Under the pieces are notes generated by a model, which worked only from the letters and a program-made list of their open reading frames with translations, did no database searches and was not told the origin of the DNA. A stretch of 64,000 nt of DNA from an uncultured virus (IMG/VR IMGVR_UViG_3300042434_001127). Lineage: Duplodnaviria; Heunggongvirae; Uroviricota; Caudoviricetes. The position numbers and the translations under genes were made by a program. Below, piece by piece: positions 49,969 through 59,423 of the stretch. How positions within the stretch are numbered: the first letter of the stretch is position 1; every line of letters starts with the position of its first letter. Location of the stretch: IMG/VR virus record IMGVR_UViG_3300042434_001127, one strand, 5' to 3'.

Positions 49969-51008
49969 TGAAAGTAGCTATTATTACAGATCAGCATTTT
50001 GGCGTTAAAAAAGGAAGTAAAATTTACCATGATTACTTCCAAAAATTTTACAATGAAGTGTTTTTTCCAACACTAGAAAAAGAAAACATCTCTATGGTTT
50101 TTGATCTTGGAGATACTTTTGATAGTCGTAAAGTAATTGATTTATGGAGCCTTGATTGGGCAAAGAAAAATTATTACGATAGATTGGAAAAGATGAAAGT
50201 TCATGTCTGGACTGTCATTGGTAATCATACCGCTTATTATAAAAATACCAATCAATTCAATACAGCAGATATTCTTCTAAACAAATATGATAACGTAACT
50301 AAGATTCATGAACCAACTGAACTTGTAGTTGGTGATCTTCAAATTCTTTTTATTCCTTGGATTAACGAAGAAAATGAAAGTCTCACAATGAGAATGATTG
50401 AGAGTACCAAAGCAAAAGTAGCGATGGGACATTTAGAGTTAAGTGGGTTTTCCATGTATCGTGGAATGGTTCAAGACACTGGGCTAGATCCTCAAATCTT
50501 CTCTAAATTTAAAAGAGTTTTTTCTGGGCACTATCATACAAGATCTAATAACGGAAAAATCTTTTACCTGGGAAATCCCTATCAAATGTATTGGAATGAT
50601 TGTGATGACAATCGAGGATTTCACATCTTTGATACTGAAACTTTAAAGTTAACTACAATCAATAATCCATTTGAACTTTTCAAGAAGATTAATTACAGCG
50701 ATACAAATCATCAGCTGTATGACTTCAGAGAATGTGCAAATAAATATGTTAAGTTAATTGTTGACAAGAAAACAAATCAAGCCAAATACAATCATTTTCT
50801 TGATAAGTTGCTTGCGTCTGATTGTCACGAAGTTAAAGTAATTGAAAATTTTTCAGTCAACGATGTTGATGATGTAGACCTTACTCAAATTGAAGATACT
50901 ATTTCAATTCTAAACAAATATGTTGAGGATTCTGATATCTCTCTAAACAAAAAAACAATAATGCACCACATAGAGGAAATTTATAGAGAAGCATGTGAGG
51001 TAGGATAA
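49968..51008 (+). CDS. gp47: Recombination endonuclease subunit gp47 (Mre11-like)
   Basis: DQHFG, GDTFD, GNH and SGHYH phosphoesterase motifs. Confidence 0.95.
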   Translation: MKVAIITDQHFGVKKGSKIYHDYFQKFYNEVFFPTLEKENISMVFDLGDTFDSRKVIDLWSLDWAKKNYYDRLEKMKVHVWTVIGNHTAYYKNTNQFNTADILLNKYDNVTKIHEPTELVVGDLQILFIPWINEENESLTMRMIESTKAKVAMGHLELSGFSMYRGMVQDTGLDPQIFSKFKRVFSGHYHTRSNNGKIFYLGNPYQMYWNDCDDNRGFHIFDTETLKLTTINNPFELFKKINYSDTNHQLYDFRECANKYVKLIVDKKTNQAKYNHFLDKLLASDCHEVKVIENFSVNDVDDVDLTQIEDTISILNKYVEDSDISLNKKTIMHHIEEIYREACEVG

Positions 51009-51286
51009 TGTATGTCATAGCTTTAAAAGACAATGTTAGTGAAGGTCTCTATGCAGTGGAAAATGAATTCGGGCAAAAAGTTCTTTATTTATTTTCTGAT
51101 GAAGATGATGCCGAAAGATATGTTGGTCTTTTAGAAGCAAATGATTATCCAGAGTTGGAAGTCATCGAAGTAGAAGAGAAGAAGACTATAAAAATTTGCG
51201 AAGCAAACAATTACACTTATTTGATTATTGACTCTGACGATTTATTGATTCCCCCTGATTATCATGATTACATTCAAGACGATTAA
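51008..51286 (+). CDS. Hypothetical acidic protein (DUF3110-like)
   Basis: LFSDEDDAERYVGLLEA; DDLLIPP. Confidence 0.65.
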   Translation: MYVIALKDNVSEGLYAVENEFGQKVLYLFSDEDDAERYVGLLEANDYPELEVIEVEEKKTIKICEANNYTYLIIDSDDLLIPPDYHDYIQDD

Positions 51287-52973
51287 ATGGAAAAACTTTC
51301 TCAGCACAGGCAATCATTGGACTGAGATTAAGTTAAATGAATTTGAAAACACGTTGATTATTGGTACAAATGGTGCTGGTAAATCTACGGTTCTTGATGC
51401 TTTAACATTTGGTCTTTTTAATAAACCATTCCGAAAGATTAATAAACCGCAGCTAATCAATTCTCAAAATGATAAGGATTGCTTAGTAGAGATTGAATTT
51501 AATATCGCTAACAATGAATATAAAGTTGTTAGAGGCATGAAGCCAACGGTATTTGAAATTTATAAAAACACTGAAAAGCTTCCTCAGAATGCAGACTCTA
51601 AAGACGATCAGAAACATTTAGAACAGAATATTTTAAAACTAAACTACAAGTCCTTTACTCAAATCGTTGTCCTGGGTTCTAGTAGTTTTGTACCCTTTAT
51701 GCAACTTCCTGCTGCAGGGCGTAGAGAAGTTATTGAAGATCTTCTTGACATCAAAATATTTTCATCGATGAATGATGTTATTAAGACTAAGTTAAAAACA
51801 ACTAAAGATCAAATTAAAATTTTAGAACTTAAAGAAGATTCCATGGAAGAAAAAATTTCCATGCAACAATCTTTTATCACACAACTTCAAGAACTTGGTC
51901 AAAAAGATATTGATGATAAGATGATCAAGATCAACGATGTTCTTAGTCAGGAAGAAGTTACAGTTGCTGATAATAAAATTACTCAAGAAAAATTAAATTC
52001 TATAACACAAGACCTGGAAAACTTTTCTAATCCTACAGAGAAGCTTCGTAAGCTTGGAAACTTAAAGGGGAAACTTTCTCAAAAAGTATCAATCATTACA
52101 AACGAGCACAAGTTTTTTACAGAGAATACGGTTTGCCCAACTTGTACTCAAGATATTGATGAAAGATTTCGCCTAGATAGAATTGCAAACGCTCAAAATA
52201 AAGCGAAGGAGTTGCGAACAGGCTATGAAGACCTGGAGAAAGCAATTAAAGAGGAAGAGGAAAGAGAGCGTTTATTTATTGCCCTTTCTAAAGAGGTAAC
52301 ATCTTTAACGCATGAAATTTCTCACAACAATACTAAAATCTCTGGATACCAACAACAAGTTCGAGAATTACAATCTGAAATTCAAAAGACTACCGAACAA
52401 CTTGAAAATCAAAATATTGAACATGACAAGTTAGAATCATATCAGAGATCTTTGGGTGAGATTCAAAATAATCTTTCCAAACAAAAAGACTCCTTAAGTT
52501 ACTACGACTTCATTTATCTTCTTCTTAAAGACGGTGGGGTAAAGACTAAGATCATTAAACATTATCTGCCACTAATTAATCAACAGGTTAATAAGTATCT
52601 GCAGATGCTTGACTTCTACATTAATTTTAGTCTTGATGAAGAATTCAATGAAAAAATTAAATCACCAATTCACGAAAACTTTTCGTATTCCTCTTTCAGT
52701 GAAGGAGAAAAAATGAGAATAGATCTGGCTCTTCTTTTCACTTGGAGAGAAGTAGCCAGACTTAAAAACTCGGTTAACACTAATCTATTAATTATGGATG
52801 AAGTGTTTGATAGTTCTCTTGATGGATTTGGTACTGATGAGTTCTTGAAAATTATTCGTTACGTTATTAAAGATGCTAATATTTTTGTTATTTCTCACAA
52901 AGCAGAATTGCATGATAAATTTACGAACGTAATAAAATTTGATAAAGTAAAAGGCTTTAGCCGCCTAGTCTAA
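51264..52973 (+). CDS. gp46: Recombination endonuclease subunit gp46 (Rad50-like)
   Basis: GTNGAGKS, CPTC zinc hook, FSEGE, IMDEVFD. Confidence 0.96.
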   Translation: MITFKTIKWKNFLSTGNHWTEIKLNEFENTLIIGTNGAGKSTVLDALTFGLFNKPFRKINKPQLINSQNDKDCLVEIEFNIANNEYKVVRGMKPTVFEIYKNTEKLPQNADSKDDQKHLEQNILKLNYKSFTQIVVLGSSSFVPFMQLPAAGRREVIEDLLDIKIFSSMNDVIKTKLKTTKDQIKILELKEDSMEEKISMQQSFITQLQELGQKDIDDKMIKINDVLSQEEVTVADNKITQEKLNSITQDLENFSNPTEKLRKLGNLKGKLSQKVSIITNEHKFFTENTVCPTCTQDIDERFRLDRIANAQNKAKELRTGYEDLEKAIKEEEERERLFIALSKEVTSLTHEISHNNTKISGYQQQVRELQSEIQKTTEQLENQNIEHDKLESYQRSLGEIQNNLSKQKDSLSYYDFIYLLLKDGGVKTKIIKHYLPLINQQVNKYLQMLDFYINFSLDEEFNEKIKSPIHENFSYSSFSEGEKMRIDLALLFTWREVARLKNSVNTNLLIMDEVFDSSLDGFGTDEFLKIIRYVIKDANIFVISHKAELHDKFTNVIKFDKVKGFSRLV

Positions 52974-52998
52974 ATAATTTAAATTATAGTATTCCTAT

Positions 52999-53319
52999 AT
53001 GCTGTCTACACAATACAGACTTCGTTTAGAAGCAATTTGTAATAAAATCGTTGAAGACGAAGAGGTAAGTTTAGAAGACATGATCTGGGCAGAGAAGTTA
53101 GCAAAATCAAATAGAAGTGCAGCAACGATTCTTAGACAAGCACGTAGAAAGGCATCAAATCCAGAGATGCGGGAGGGAGATATGGATGATTTTTTGAACC
53201 AACTTGATATTGGTGAGATTGGACACGAATCTAAAGGAATCTCTGGATTTGGTAGTGTTGATGATATAGTGGAATGGTTTACTCAAGACAAACCAGAAGA
53301 CTGGAGACAACATGACTAA
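52999..53319 (+). CDS. Hypothetical protein
   Basis: 106 aa; TAAATA at 52971-52976. Confidence 0.7.
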   Translation: MLSTQYRLRLEAICNKIVEDEEVSLEDMIWAEKLAKSNRSAATILRQARRKASNPEMREGDMDDFLNQLDIGEIGHESKGISGFGSVDDIVEWFTQDKPEDWRQHD

Positions 53320-53563
53320 CACTCCAAACTGGCAACATCACTCTCGCAAGGAGCAGAAGCGCCATCTCAAACCTCAAGCTATGCGTCAAGCAAAGGCGCG
53401 AGCTAAAAACTTAATAGGACGGTTGAAAAACTGTCACAAGGGCTCACCGAAAGGTGGGTCTTTTTCGTATTATAGGTTTAGTTCAAACAAATCTCCATGG
53501 CTGTCAACTACGAAATCAAAGGTCAGCTTGCTCGTCTGCTCGCTACTGAAGACCTCATTGTAG
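53312..53563 (+). CDS. Small basic hypothetical protein (3' extent uncertain)
   Basis: PNWQHHSRKEQKRHLKPQAMRQAKAR; runs through a regulatory hairpin into the next gene. Confidence 0.5.
   Translation: MTNTPNWQHHSRKEQKRHLKPQAMRQAKARAKNLIGRLKNCHKGSPKGGSFSYYRFSSNKSPWLSTTKSKVSLLVCSLLKTSL
53417..53473 (+). promoter_or_regulatory. Dyad motif + hairpin + -10 box (early promoter candidate)
   Basis: GGACGGTT-GAAA-AACTGTCAC; GGCTCACC-GAAA-GGTGGGTC-TTTTT; TATTAT. Confidence 0.6.
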
Positions 53564-55659
53564 AGCACAAGAAGGTCTCTACAGCGTGTTTTAACGTCCA
53601 TACTCGTGTTTTGACCTTACCGCTCTGGGAACGGGCTTCTAACGCCGTATACGACATGCTGGTGGCGCATGAGGTTGGACACGCTTTGTACACTCCAGAT
53701 GAAGATTGGACAAAGGTTGCCAAGATTCCTCCTTCGTATGTGAACATTGTGGAAGATGCTCGCATCGAGAAACTGATGAAGCGCCGTTATGGTGGTCTTT
53801 CTAAGACTATGTTTAATGGTTACAAAGAACTTCAGTCTGAGGATTTTTTTGGTATTGGGGAAGAAGATCATAATACTTATAGTTTGCCTGACCGTGTAAA
53901 CCTTCACTTCAAAGTGGGTAATTTTATTGATGTAAATTTTATCGAACGTGAAAAAAACTTGCTTAATCTTATTGAGACCTGTGAAACTTTTGCTGATGTT
54001 CTTGTTGCAGCAGAAGAAATGTACAAGCTTTTCCAAATGGAAAATGAAGAGGATATTGAAACTTCTATTTCTTTGACTGAGAAGGGTGAAGAAGCTGGTG
54101 ATCAGCAGCAGCAGATTGAACTTGTTGAATCCGAAGAAAAGGGTGAGTCTGAAAACAAAAGCGAAATCAAAGATTCAGAATCTTCTGATAAAGTAAAAGA
54201 AACTCAAGCCAGTGACGTTGGTGGTGAGCATAATGCACCAGAAATCAAAACTGATCAACGTCTTCGTGAGGCTATTGAAGAACTCACCAACAACAGCACT
54301 TGGGCAGATGAAAATGTTTATACCGAACTTCCTACTCTTGATCTTAAAACTATCATTGCACCAAATCAAGATGTTCATGATGTACTTCAGAAACATTGGA
54401 AAAAGCAAGAAGAACAATTTATTGAAAACGGATATACTAAATTCCAAGACGCATTTAAGTTTGTTGATCGGGATTATGTAGAATTTAAAAAGTCTGCACA
54501 GAAAGAAGTTAACTATCTGGTCAAAGAGTTTGAGTGTCGCAAGGCAGCAGATTCTTATGCTCGTGCTTCTACTGCTCGCACTGGTGTTCTTGATTGTACC
54601 AAGCTTCACACCTACAAATTTAATGAAGATCTTTTCAAAAAAGTTACTACGCTTGCTGATGGCAAAAGTCATGGACTGATCTTTATTCTCGATTGGTCTG
54701 GTTCGATGGACAAAGTTCTTGAAGATACAATCAAGCAACTTTACAATTTGATTTGGTTCTGTAAAAAAGTTTCTATTCCTTTTGAGGTTTATGCCTTCAC
54801 AAACGAATGGCGTTGTGTAACTTATGATGAGTTTTCTCGTCCTGTAGTTCCCAAACCACATCATGAAAAGAAAGAAGGTAATCTTTTTATTCAACCAGAT
54901 TTTGCCTTGATGAATTTGTTTACTAGCAAGACTAAAAATTTGGAACTGGATACTCAAATGCTTGCTATCTTTCGTGTTGTTCGACAGCTTGGTAATCGTT
55001 ATTGGAATAATACTTATGCTGTTCCTAGTCGTTTGTGTCTTTCTGGAACTCCTTTAAACGAATCTTTGATTGCTCTTAATCAAATTATTCCTGAGTTTCA
55101 AAAACAAAATAAAGTTCAAAAAGTTCACACACTTATTCTCACTGATGGAGAAGCTTGTCCTTTGAACTACTGTGTTTCTGTTACTCGCAAAGAAGAACCC
55201 TATATGGGGATTCGTCAATTCCATCCCAACAAGTGTTTCCTTCGTGATCGTAAAACTGGTAATGTTTATGCTGGAGATGAAGAACTTGATACTTACACTC
55301 AGTTTACGGATATGCTTATTCGCTATCTTCGCAATCATTATCCAGATGTGAGTTTTATCGGTATGCGTCTTCTTGCTTCTGGTGAAGCGCAATCATTCAT
55401 GCGACGCTATCACCGCCACAACCAATCTGAATTTGATAAACTTCAAGCAGATTGGAAAAAGCAAAAAACCTTCTCTATTCGTACTAAAGGTTACCACGTT
55501 TATTTTGGAATTTCTTCTAATTCTCTATCTAATGATGTTGAATTTAAAGTTAGTGACAATGCATCGAAAGTTGAAATTCGCAATGCTTTCAAAAAATATA
55601 TGAGTTCTAAAAAACTGAATAAGAAAGTTCTTAACGAGTTTGTTCAACTTATTGCTTGA
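53497..55659 (+). CDS. Metallopeptidase-like/VWA domain protein (CobT-like partner)
   Basis: HEVGH zinc motif and NIVEDARIE; MIDAS DWSGS; LSGTPL; ILTDGE. Confidence 0.85.
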   Translation: MAVNYEIKGQLARLLATEDLIVEHKKVSTACFNVHTRVLTLPLWERASNAVYDMLVAHEVGHALYTPDEDWTKVAKIPPSYVNIVEDARIEKLMKRRYGGLSKTMFNGYKELQSEDFFGIGEEDHNTYSLPDRVNLHFKVGNFIDVNFIEREKNLLNLIETCETFADVLVAAEEMYKLFQMENEEDIETSISLTEKGEEAGDQQQQIELVESEEKGESENKSEIKDSESSDKVKETQASDVGGEHNAPEIKTDQRLREAIEELTNNSTWADENVYTELPTLDLKTIIAPNQDVHDVLQKHWKKQEEQFIENGYTKFQDAFKFVDRDYVEFKKSAQKEVNYLVKEFECRKAADSYARASTARTGVLDCTKLHTYKFNEDLFKKVTTLADGKSHGLIFILDWSGSMDKVLEDTIKQLYNLIWFCKKVSIPFEVYAFTNEWRCVTYDEFSRPVVPKPHHEKKEGNLFIQPDFALMNLFTSKTKNLELDTQMLAIFRVVRQLGNRYWNNTYAVPSRLCLSGTPLNESLIALNQIIPEFQKQNKVQKVHTLILTDGEACPLNYCVSVTRKEEPYMGIRQFHPNKCFLRDRKTGNVYAGDEELDTYTQFTDMLIRYLRNHYPDVSFIGMRLLASGEAQSFMRRYHRHNQSEFDKLQADWKKQKTFSIRTKGYHVYFGISSNSLSNDVEFKVSDNASKVEIRNAFKKYMSSKKLNKKVLNEFVQLIA

Positions 55660-55682
55660 GGGGCTAGTCCCCCTCTTTTTTT
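55658..55682 (+). terminator. Intrinsic terminator
   Basis: GAGGGG-CTAGTC-CCCCTC + T7, running directly into TATAAATA (55682-55689). Confidence 0.8.
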
Positions 55683-55711
55683 ATAAATAAAAAAAAGCGT
55701 TTTATAGCGGG

Positions 55712-56980
55712 ATGAACTTACTAGAAGCTTATAACGAAGTATATAATACTGAGTATAATCTTTCCGAAGATTTAACCAGTTTGTTACTTCAATATTGCAT
55801 TGAAGATCTTGAAGAGGCAAAAACTTTTGCTGAAGATCTACTCTCAACAAATCTTGTTCAAGATTTCTTATTTGAATTATCAGAAGCACTTGATGTAGAT
55901 ATTTCAGAATATCTAACTGAAGGTGTAGGTTCGATGGCAGTTAGAGGTGTCATTAATGCTTTAAGTTCTGCAGGTAGATCAAAAGCTGGTCTTGCCGCTG
56001 GAACGGCACTTGGCAGAAAACCAGAATCTATTGTAAGAGGAGCTGCAGCTTCATCATCAATTAGAAGTGCAAGATCTGCAAGACCAGCAGCTACCACTGA
56101 ACTTCCTGGTAAATATGCAACAATGCAGTTCAAAAAGAAAATTGATACTGCTATTTCTAGACCCGCATTGCCTGCAGGAAGATCCCCAGTAGCCTCTACA
56201 CCAACAGCTCCTAGACGCACTCCTACAGACGCTGGAATGCCGTTCAGAGCTACAGGCCCTGGTGGTGATGCTAGAACCCAAAGACTTGCTGCTCAGGCTG
56301 CTCCTGGCTCTGGCGTAAAACCAAAAGCATCTAGAATGACTGGCGGAGCTGATGCTTTAAATGTAGCTAGAAGAGCTATGGCTGGAGCCGCAGCTGCTGG
56401 TGTAGCTGCTAGTGCTGCTGCTCCTGCTGTTAAGGATGCTGAAAAAAAGTCAAAGCCCGAATCCAGCATCAACAAGTACAACACAATGGATTCGGATGGT
56501 AAAATTAGAAATCGTCTAGCAGTTGGCCCTAAGATTGTTGGACCTAAAAAAGTTGGAACCGTTGCCCAAGCATTTGACACTGCTTTTGCAGGTGCTAGAA
56601 AGGCTGGTAAGTCTGAGTTTGAATTTCAAGGTAAAAAGTACACCACAAAAATGAAGGAGGATCGTGCTGATTATTTTGATGCTATTCTAGAGTACTTAGT
56701 TTCTGAAGGTTTTGTGAATACCAATGCAGAAGCTTTAAATATGATGGCTTGTTTAGATGAGGCTGCTGTGACTAAATTATTTTACAAATTGCAAGCAAAG
56801 GGGAAAGGTAGTTCTTCAACTGCAAGAGCACAATTGAAATCTGATGCTGATTTGGAGACTCAGAAAAATTTAAAAATGAAAAAGCAAAGACAAAAGCAAA
56901 TGAGAGACAGAGAAGATGATGATGATCCTAGAGATCATGGATCAATGAGTGCTGCTGAAAGAAACCCATCTATGCGTTGA
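55712..56980 (+). CDS. Modular putative internal virion protein
   Basis: Late promoter; acidic N-terminus MNLLEAYNEVY...YLTE, basic Ala-rich middle, AFAGARKAGKSEFEFQGKKYTT and DYFDAILEYLVSEG modules. Confidence 0.75.
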   Translation: MNLLEAYNEVYNTEYNLSEDLTSLLLQYCIEDLEEAKTFAEDLLSTNLVQDFLFELSEALDVDISEYLTEGVGSMAVRGVINALSSAGRSKAGLAAGTALGRKPESIVRGAAASSSIRSARSARPAATTELPGKYATMQFKKKIDTAISRPALPAGRSPVASTPTAPRRTPTDAGMPFRATGPGGDARTQRLAAQAAPGSGVKPKASRMTGGADALNVARRAMAGAAAAGVAASAAAPAVKDAEKKSKPESSINKYNTMDSDGKIRNRLAVGPKIVGPKKVGTVAQAFDTAFAGARKAGKSEFEFQGKKYTTKMKEDRADYFDAILEYLVSEGFVNTNAEALNMMACLDEAAVTKLFYKLQAKGKGSSSTARAQLKSDADLETQKNLKMKKQRQKQMRDREDDDDPRDHGSMSAAERNPSMR

Positions 56981-57040
56981 GTGGACACTTTTAAGACTGT
57001 CTACTGGGGGCTTTACAGCCCCCTTTTTTTCGACTATATT
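56981..57040 (+). promoter_or_regulatory. Dyad motif + terminator hairpin + -10 box
   Basis: GTGGACACTT-TTAA-GACTGTCTAC; GGGGGCT-TTAC-AGCCCCC-T7; TATATT. Confidence 0.6.
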
Positions 57041-57065
57041 CATTCCGTTGACCACAACACTTTAA

Positions 57066-58178
57066 ATGCCTCGCAAACTTATTATGACTGACTCACAGAT
57101 GATTGAAAAACTTAAGTCTCTGTATGGTACGGAGATTACTGCTGCAGATGTGAAGGCTTATTGTGCCATGGAAAATCTTTCGTATCCAACCGTAACTCGT
57201 CGTTTGGAGCAGTACAAGACCGAACGTGGTCGTTGGAATCTGGAAGTGACCCCTAGCGTTATCGGCAAAATGGAACAGGCATATCAAGCACCTGCTGCTC
57301 TGCCTGCTGTAGAACAAAATCTTATCCCTGACAAAGATGATACCTTCGTCAAGTTTGGTAACTTTAACGATATTAAAAAAATTATTCAGTCCCGTATCTT
57401 TTACCCTGCGTTCATTACGGGTCTTTCGGGTAACGGTAAAACGTTCTCGGTGGAGCAAGCATGTGCTCAACTTGGTCGAGAACTGATTCGTGTAAACATT
57501 ACTATTGAGACTGATGAAGACGATCTTATTGGTGGGTTTCGCCTTCTGGATGGTGCTACTGTATGGCATAATGGCCCCGTCATCGAAGCATTGGAGCGTG
57601 GAGCGATCCTGCTCCTCGACGAGATTGACCTTGCCTCAAACAAAATTCTCTGCCTCCAATCCGTGCTAGAAGGAAAGGGTGTTTTCCTTAAGAAGATTGG
57701 TCGTTTCGTGAAACCTGCTGCTGGTTTTAATGTGATTGCCACTGCCAACACCAAAGGTAAGGGTTCTGATGATGGTCGTTTTATTGGCACTAATGTTCTC
57801 AACGAAGCATTCCTTGAGCGTTTCCCTGTAACTTTTGAACAGGAATATCCTGCTCCCAAGATTGAACAGAAAATTCTGGAAGGCATTGCTTTGGATCTTG
57901 GTGTGGAAGACCGTGACTTCTGCAAACTGTTGGTGGATTGGGCTGACAACATCCGTAAAACTTTTTACGATGGTGGCGTTGAAGAAATCATCAGCACCCG
58001 TCGTTTGGTTCACATCATTCGTGCCTACAGCATCTTTGGTAATCGTGGCAAAGCTATTGAAGTGTGCGTGAATCGCTTTGATGAGTCCACTAAACAGTCC
58101 TTCCTGGAACTGTACGATAAGGTAGATGCCGATTTCCAAATGCCTACCGAACAAGTTGACTCGGTGGAAGTATTCTGA
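57066..58178 (+). CDS. CobS/MoxR-like AAA+ ATPase
   Basis: Walker A GLSGNGKT, Walker B LLLDEID, ATANTKG, LNEAFLERF, STRRL. Confidence 0.92.
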   Translation: MPRKLIMTDSQMIEKLKSLYGTEITAADVKAYCAMENLSYPTVTRRLEQYKTERGRWNLEVTPSVIGKMEQAYQAPAALPAVEQNLIPDKDDTFVKFGNFNDIKKIIQSRIFYPAFITGLSGNGKTFSVEQACAQLGRELIRVNITIETDEDDLIGGFRLLDGATVWHNGPVIEALERGAILLLDEIDLASNKILCLQSVLEGKGVFLKKIGRFVKPAAGFNVIATANTKGKGSDDGRFIGTNVLNEAFLERFPVTFEQEYPAPKIEQKILEGIALDLGVEDRDFCKLLVDWADNIRKTFYDGGVEEIISTRRLVHIIRAYSIFGNRGKAIEVCVNRFDESTKQSFLELYDKVDADFQMPTEQVDSVEVF

Positions 58179-58184
58179 TATAAT
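58156..58184 (+). promoter_or_regulatory. Sigma70 promoter for the replication operon
   Basis: TTGACT-17-TATAAT with extended -10 TG. Confidence 0.8.
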
Positions 58185-58218
58185 TGGGGGAGGTAAATTA
58201 TGCCTCTCTATTTTTATT

Positions 58219-58617
58219 ATGGACGAATATCCTTTTCAATTCACTCTCTCCGATGGTGGAGATGGAACACTAAATCTTGAGAAAATTATTATGACTGAAA
58301 CCAAAAACAATCTTTGGAAATATAATGAAGACAAAATCCTCAAAGATATTGAGGATTATGTGACTGGGACTTATAACAGTCACTATTGTGGACACAATGA
58401 TGCTTACAAGGACATTCAAACAATTGACTTGATGGCAGCAAAAGACCTGGCACAACATTTTTGTCAGGCAAACATTTTGAAGTATGGTAGCCGCTATGGT
58501 GATAAAGATGGACGCAATAAGCGTGATTTGCTCAAAGTGATTCACTATGCTATGCTTCTACTCCACTTTGATGGACATTATTCTCGCAAAGATAATGGCT
58601 TGACTGAATTCCGTTGA
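58219..58617 (+). CDS. DUF3310-like protein (start could be 58291)
   Basis: HY...QTIDLM...FCQANILKYGSRYG.KDG..KRDLLKVIHYA. Confidence 0.75.
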   Translation: MDEYPFQFTLSDGGDGTLNLEKIIMTETKNNLWKYNEDKILKDIEDYVTGTYNSHYCGHNDAYKDIQTIDLMAAKDLAQHFCQANILKYGSRYGDKDGRNKRDLLKVIHYAMLLLHFDGHYSRKDNGLTEFR

Positions 58618-59303
58618 TTATGAAACTTAGAGAACCCATGAAAATTTCCGACAAAACAGCTTCACTTCTAAAGAACTTTGCCAGCATCAATCAGTCTCTT
58701 CTGTTTAAAAGTGGTAACAAGATTCGTACAATTTCTGTAATGAAAAATATTTTTGCAGAAGCTGTGATTAGTGAAGAGATTCCTAAAGATTTTGGTATTT
58801 ATGATCTTAATCAATTTCTGAGTGGCATCACTCTTCACCCAGACCCAGAACTCGTGTTCAATAGTGATAGTCATCTTCTCATTAAAGGTGGTGGCAATAC
58901 TACCAAGTATTATTTTGCAGATCCTTCTGTTATTGTAAGTCCTCCTGAAAAATCCATTGCTCTTCCTAGTGAAGATGTATGCTTCAATCTTTCTTCTGAT
59001 CAACTCGATAAACTAATTAAAGCCGCCTCTGTGTACGGTCTTGAAGATATCTCTGCTATTGGAGATGGGAGCACTGTAAGTCTTCTTGTTAGAGACAAAG
59101 AAAATTCTACTTCTAATGAATTTTCAATTAACGTTGGTGAAACTGAATCGACCTTTGTATTTAACTTTAAGGTTGAGAACATGAAAATTCTTCCTGGCAA
59201 ATATGAGGTAGTTGTGTCTGCTCCTAAGATGGCACGATTTGTCAATACTGCCATGGATGTGGTATACTACATTGCACTTGAGCCTGATTCCACCTTTGGT
59301 TAA
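58614..59303 (+). CDS. gp45: Sliding clamp gp45 (start could be 58620 or 58638)
   Basis: LLKNFASINQSL; FGIYDLNQFL; YYIALEPDS. Confidence 0.95.
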   Translation: MIMKLREPMKISDKTASLLKNFASINQSLLFKSGNKIRTISVMKNIFAEAVISEEIPKDFGIYDLNQFLSGITLHPDPELVFNSDSHLLIKGGGNTTKYYFADPSVIVSPPEKSIALPSEDVCFNLSSDQLDKLIKAASVYGLEDISAIGDGSTVSLLVRDKENSTSNEFSINVGETESTFVFNFKVENMKILPGKYEVVVSAPKMARFVNTAMDVVYYIALEPDSTFG

Positions 59304-59304
59304 A

Positions 59305-59415
59305 ATGTTTGAAGGTGACTTTTTCCTGGACAAAAATACACACAAGTTGTATATTTTTGATGGGAAAGAATGGTGGGAGGTTATTCCAAGTTCTTATTTG
59401 AAAAAATTTGATTAA
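59305..59415 (+). CDS. Tiny hypothetical protein (36 aa)
   Basis: MFEGDFFLDKNTHKLYIFDGKEWWEV...; fills the gp45-gp44 gap. Confidence 0.5.
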   Translation: MFEGDFFLDKNTHKLYIFDGKEWWEVIPSSYLKKFD

Positions 59416-59423
59416 AATTAATT

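Noticed and set aside
57066..58178. Cobalamin biosynthesis role for the CobS-like gene
   Set aside because: No other cob genes in the window; motifs support only a MoxR-type AAA+ ATPase
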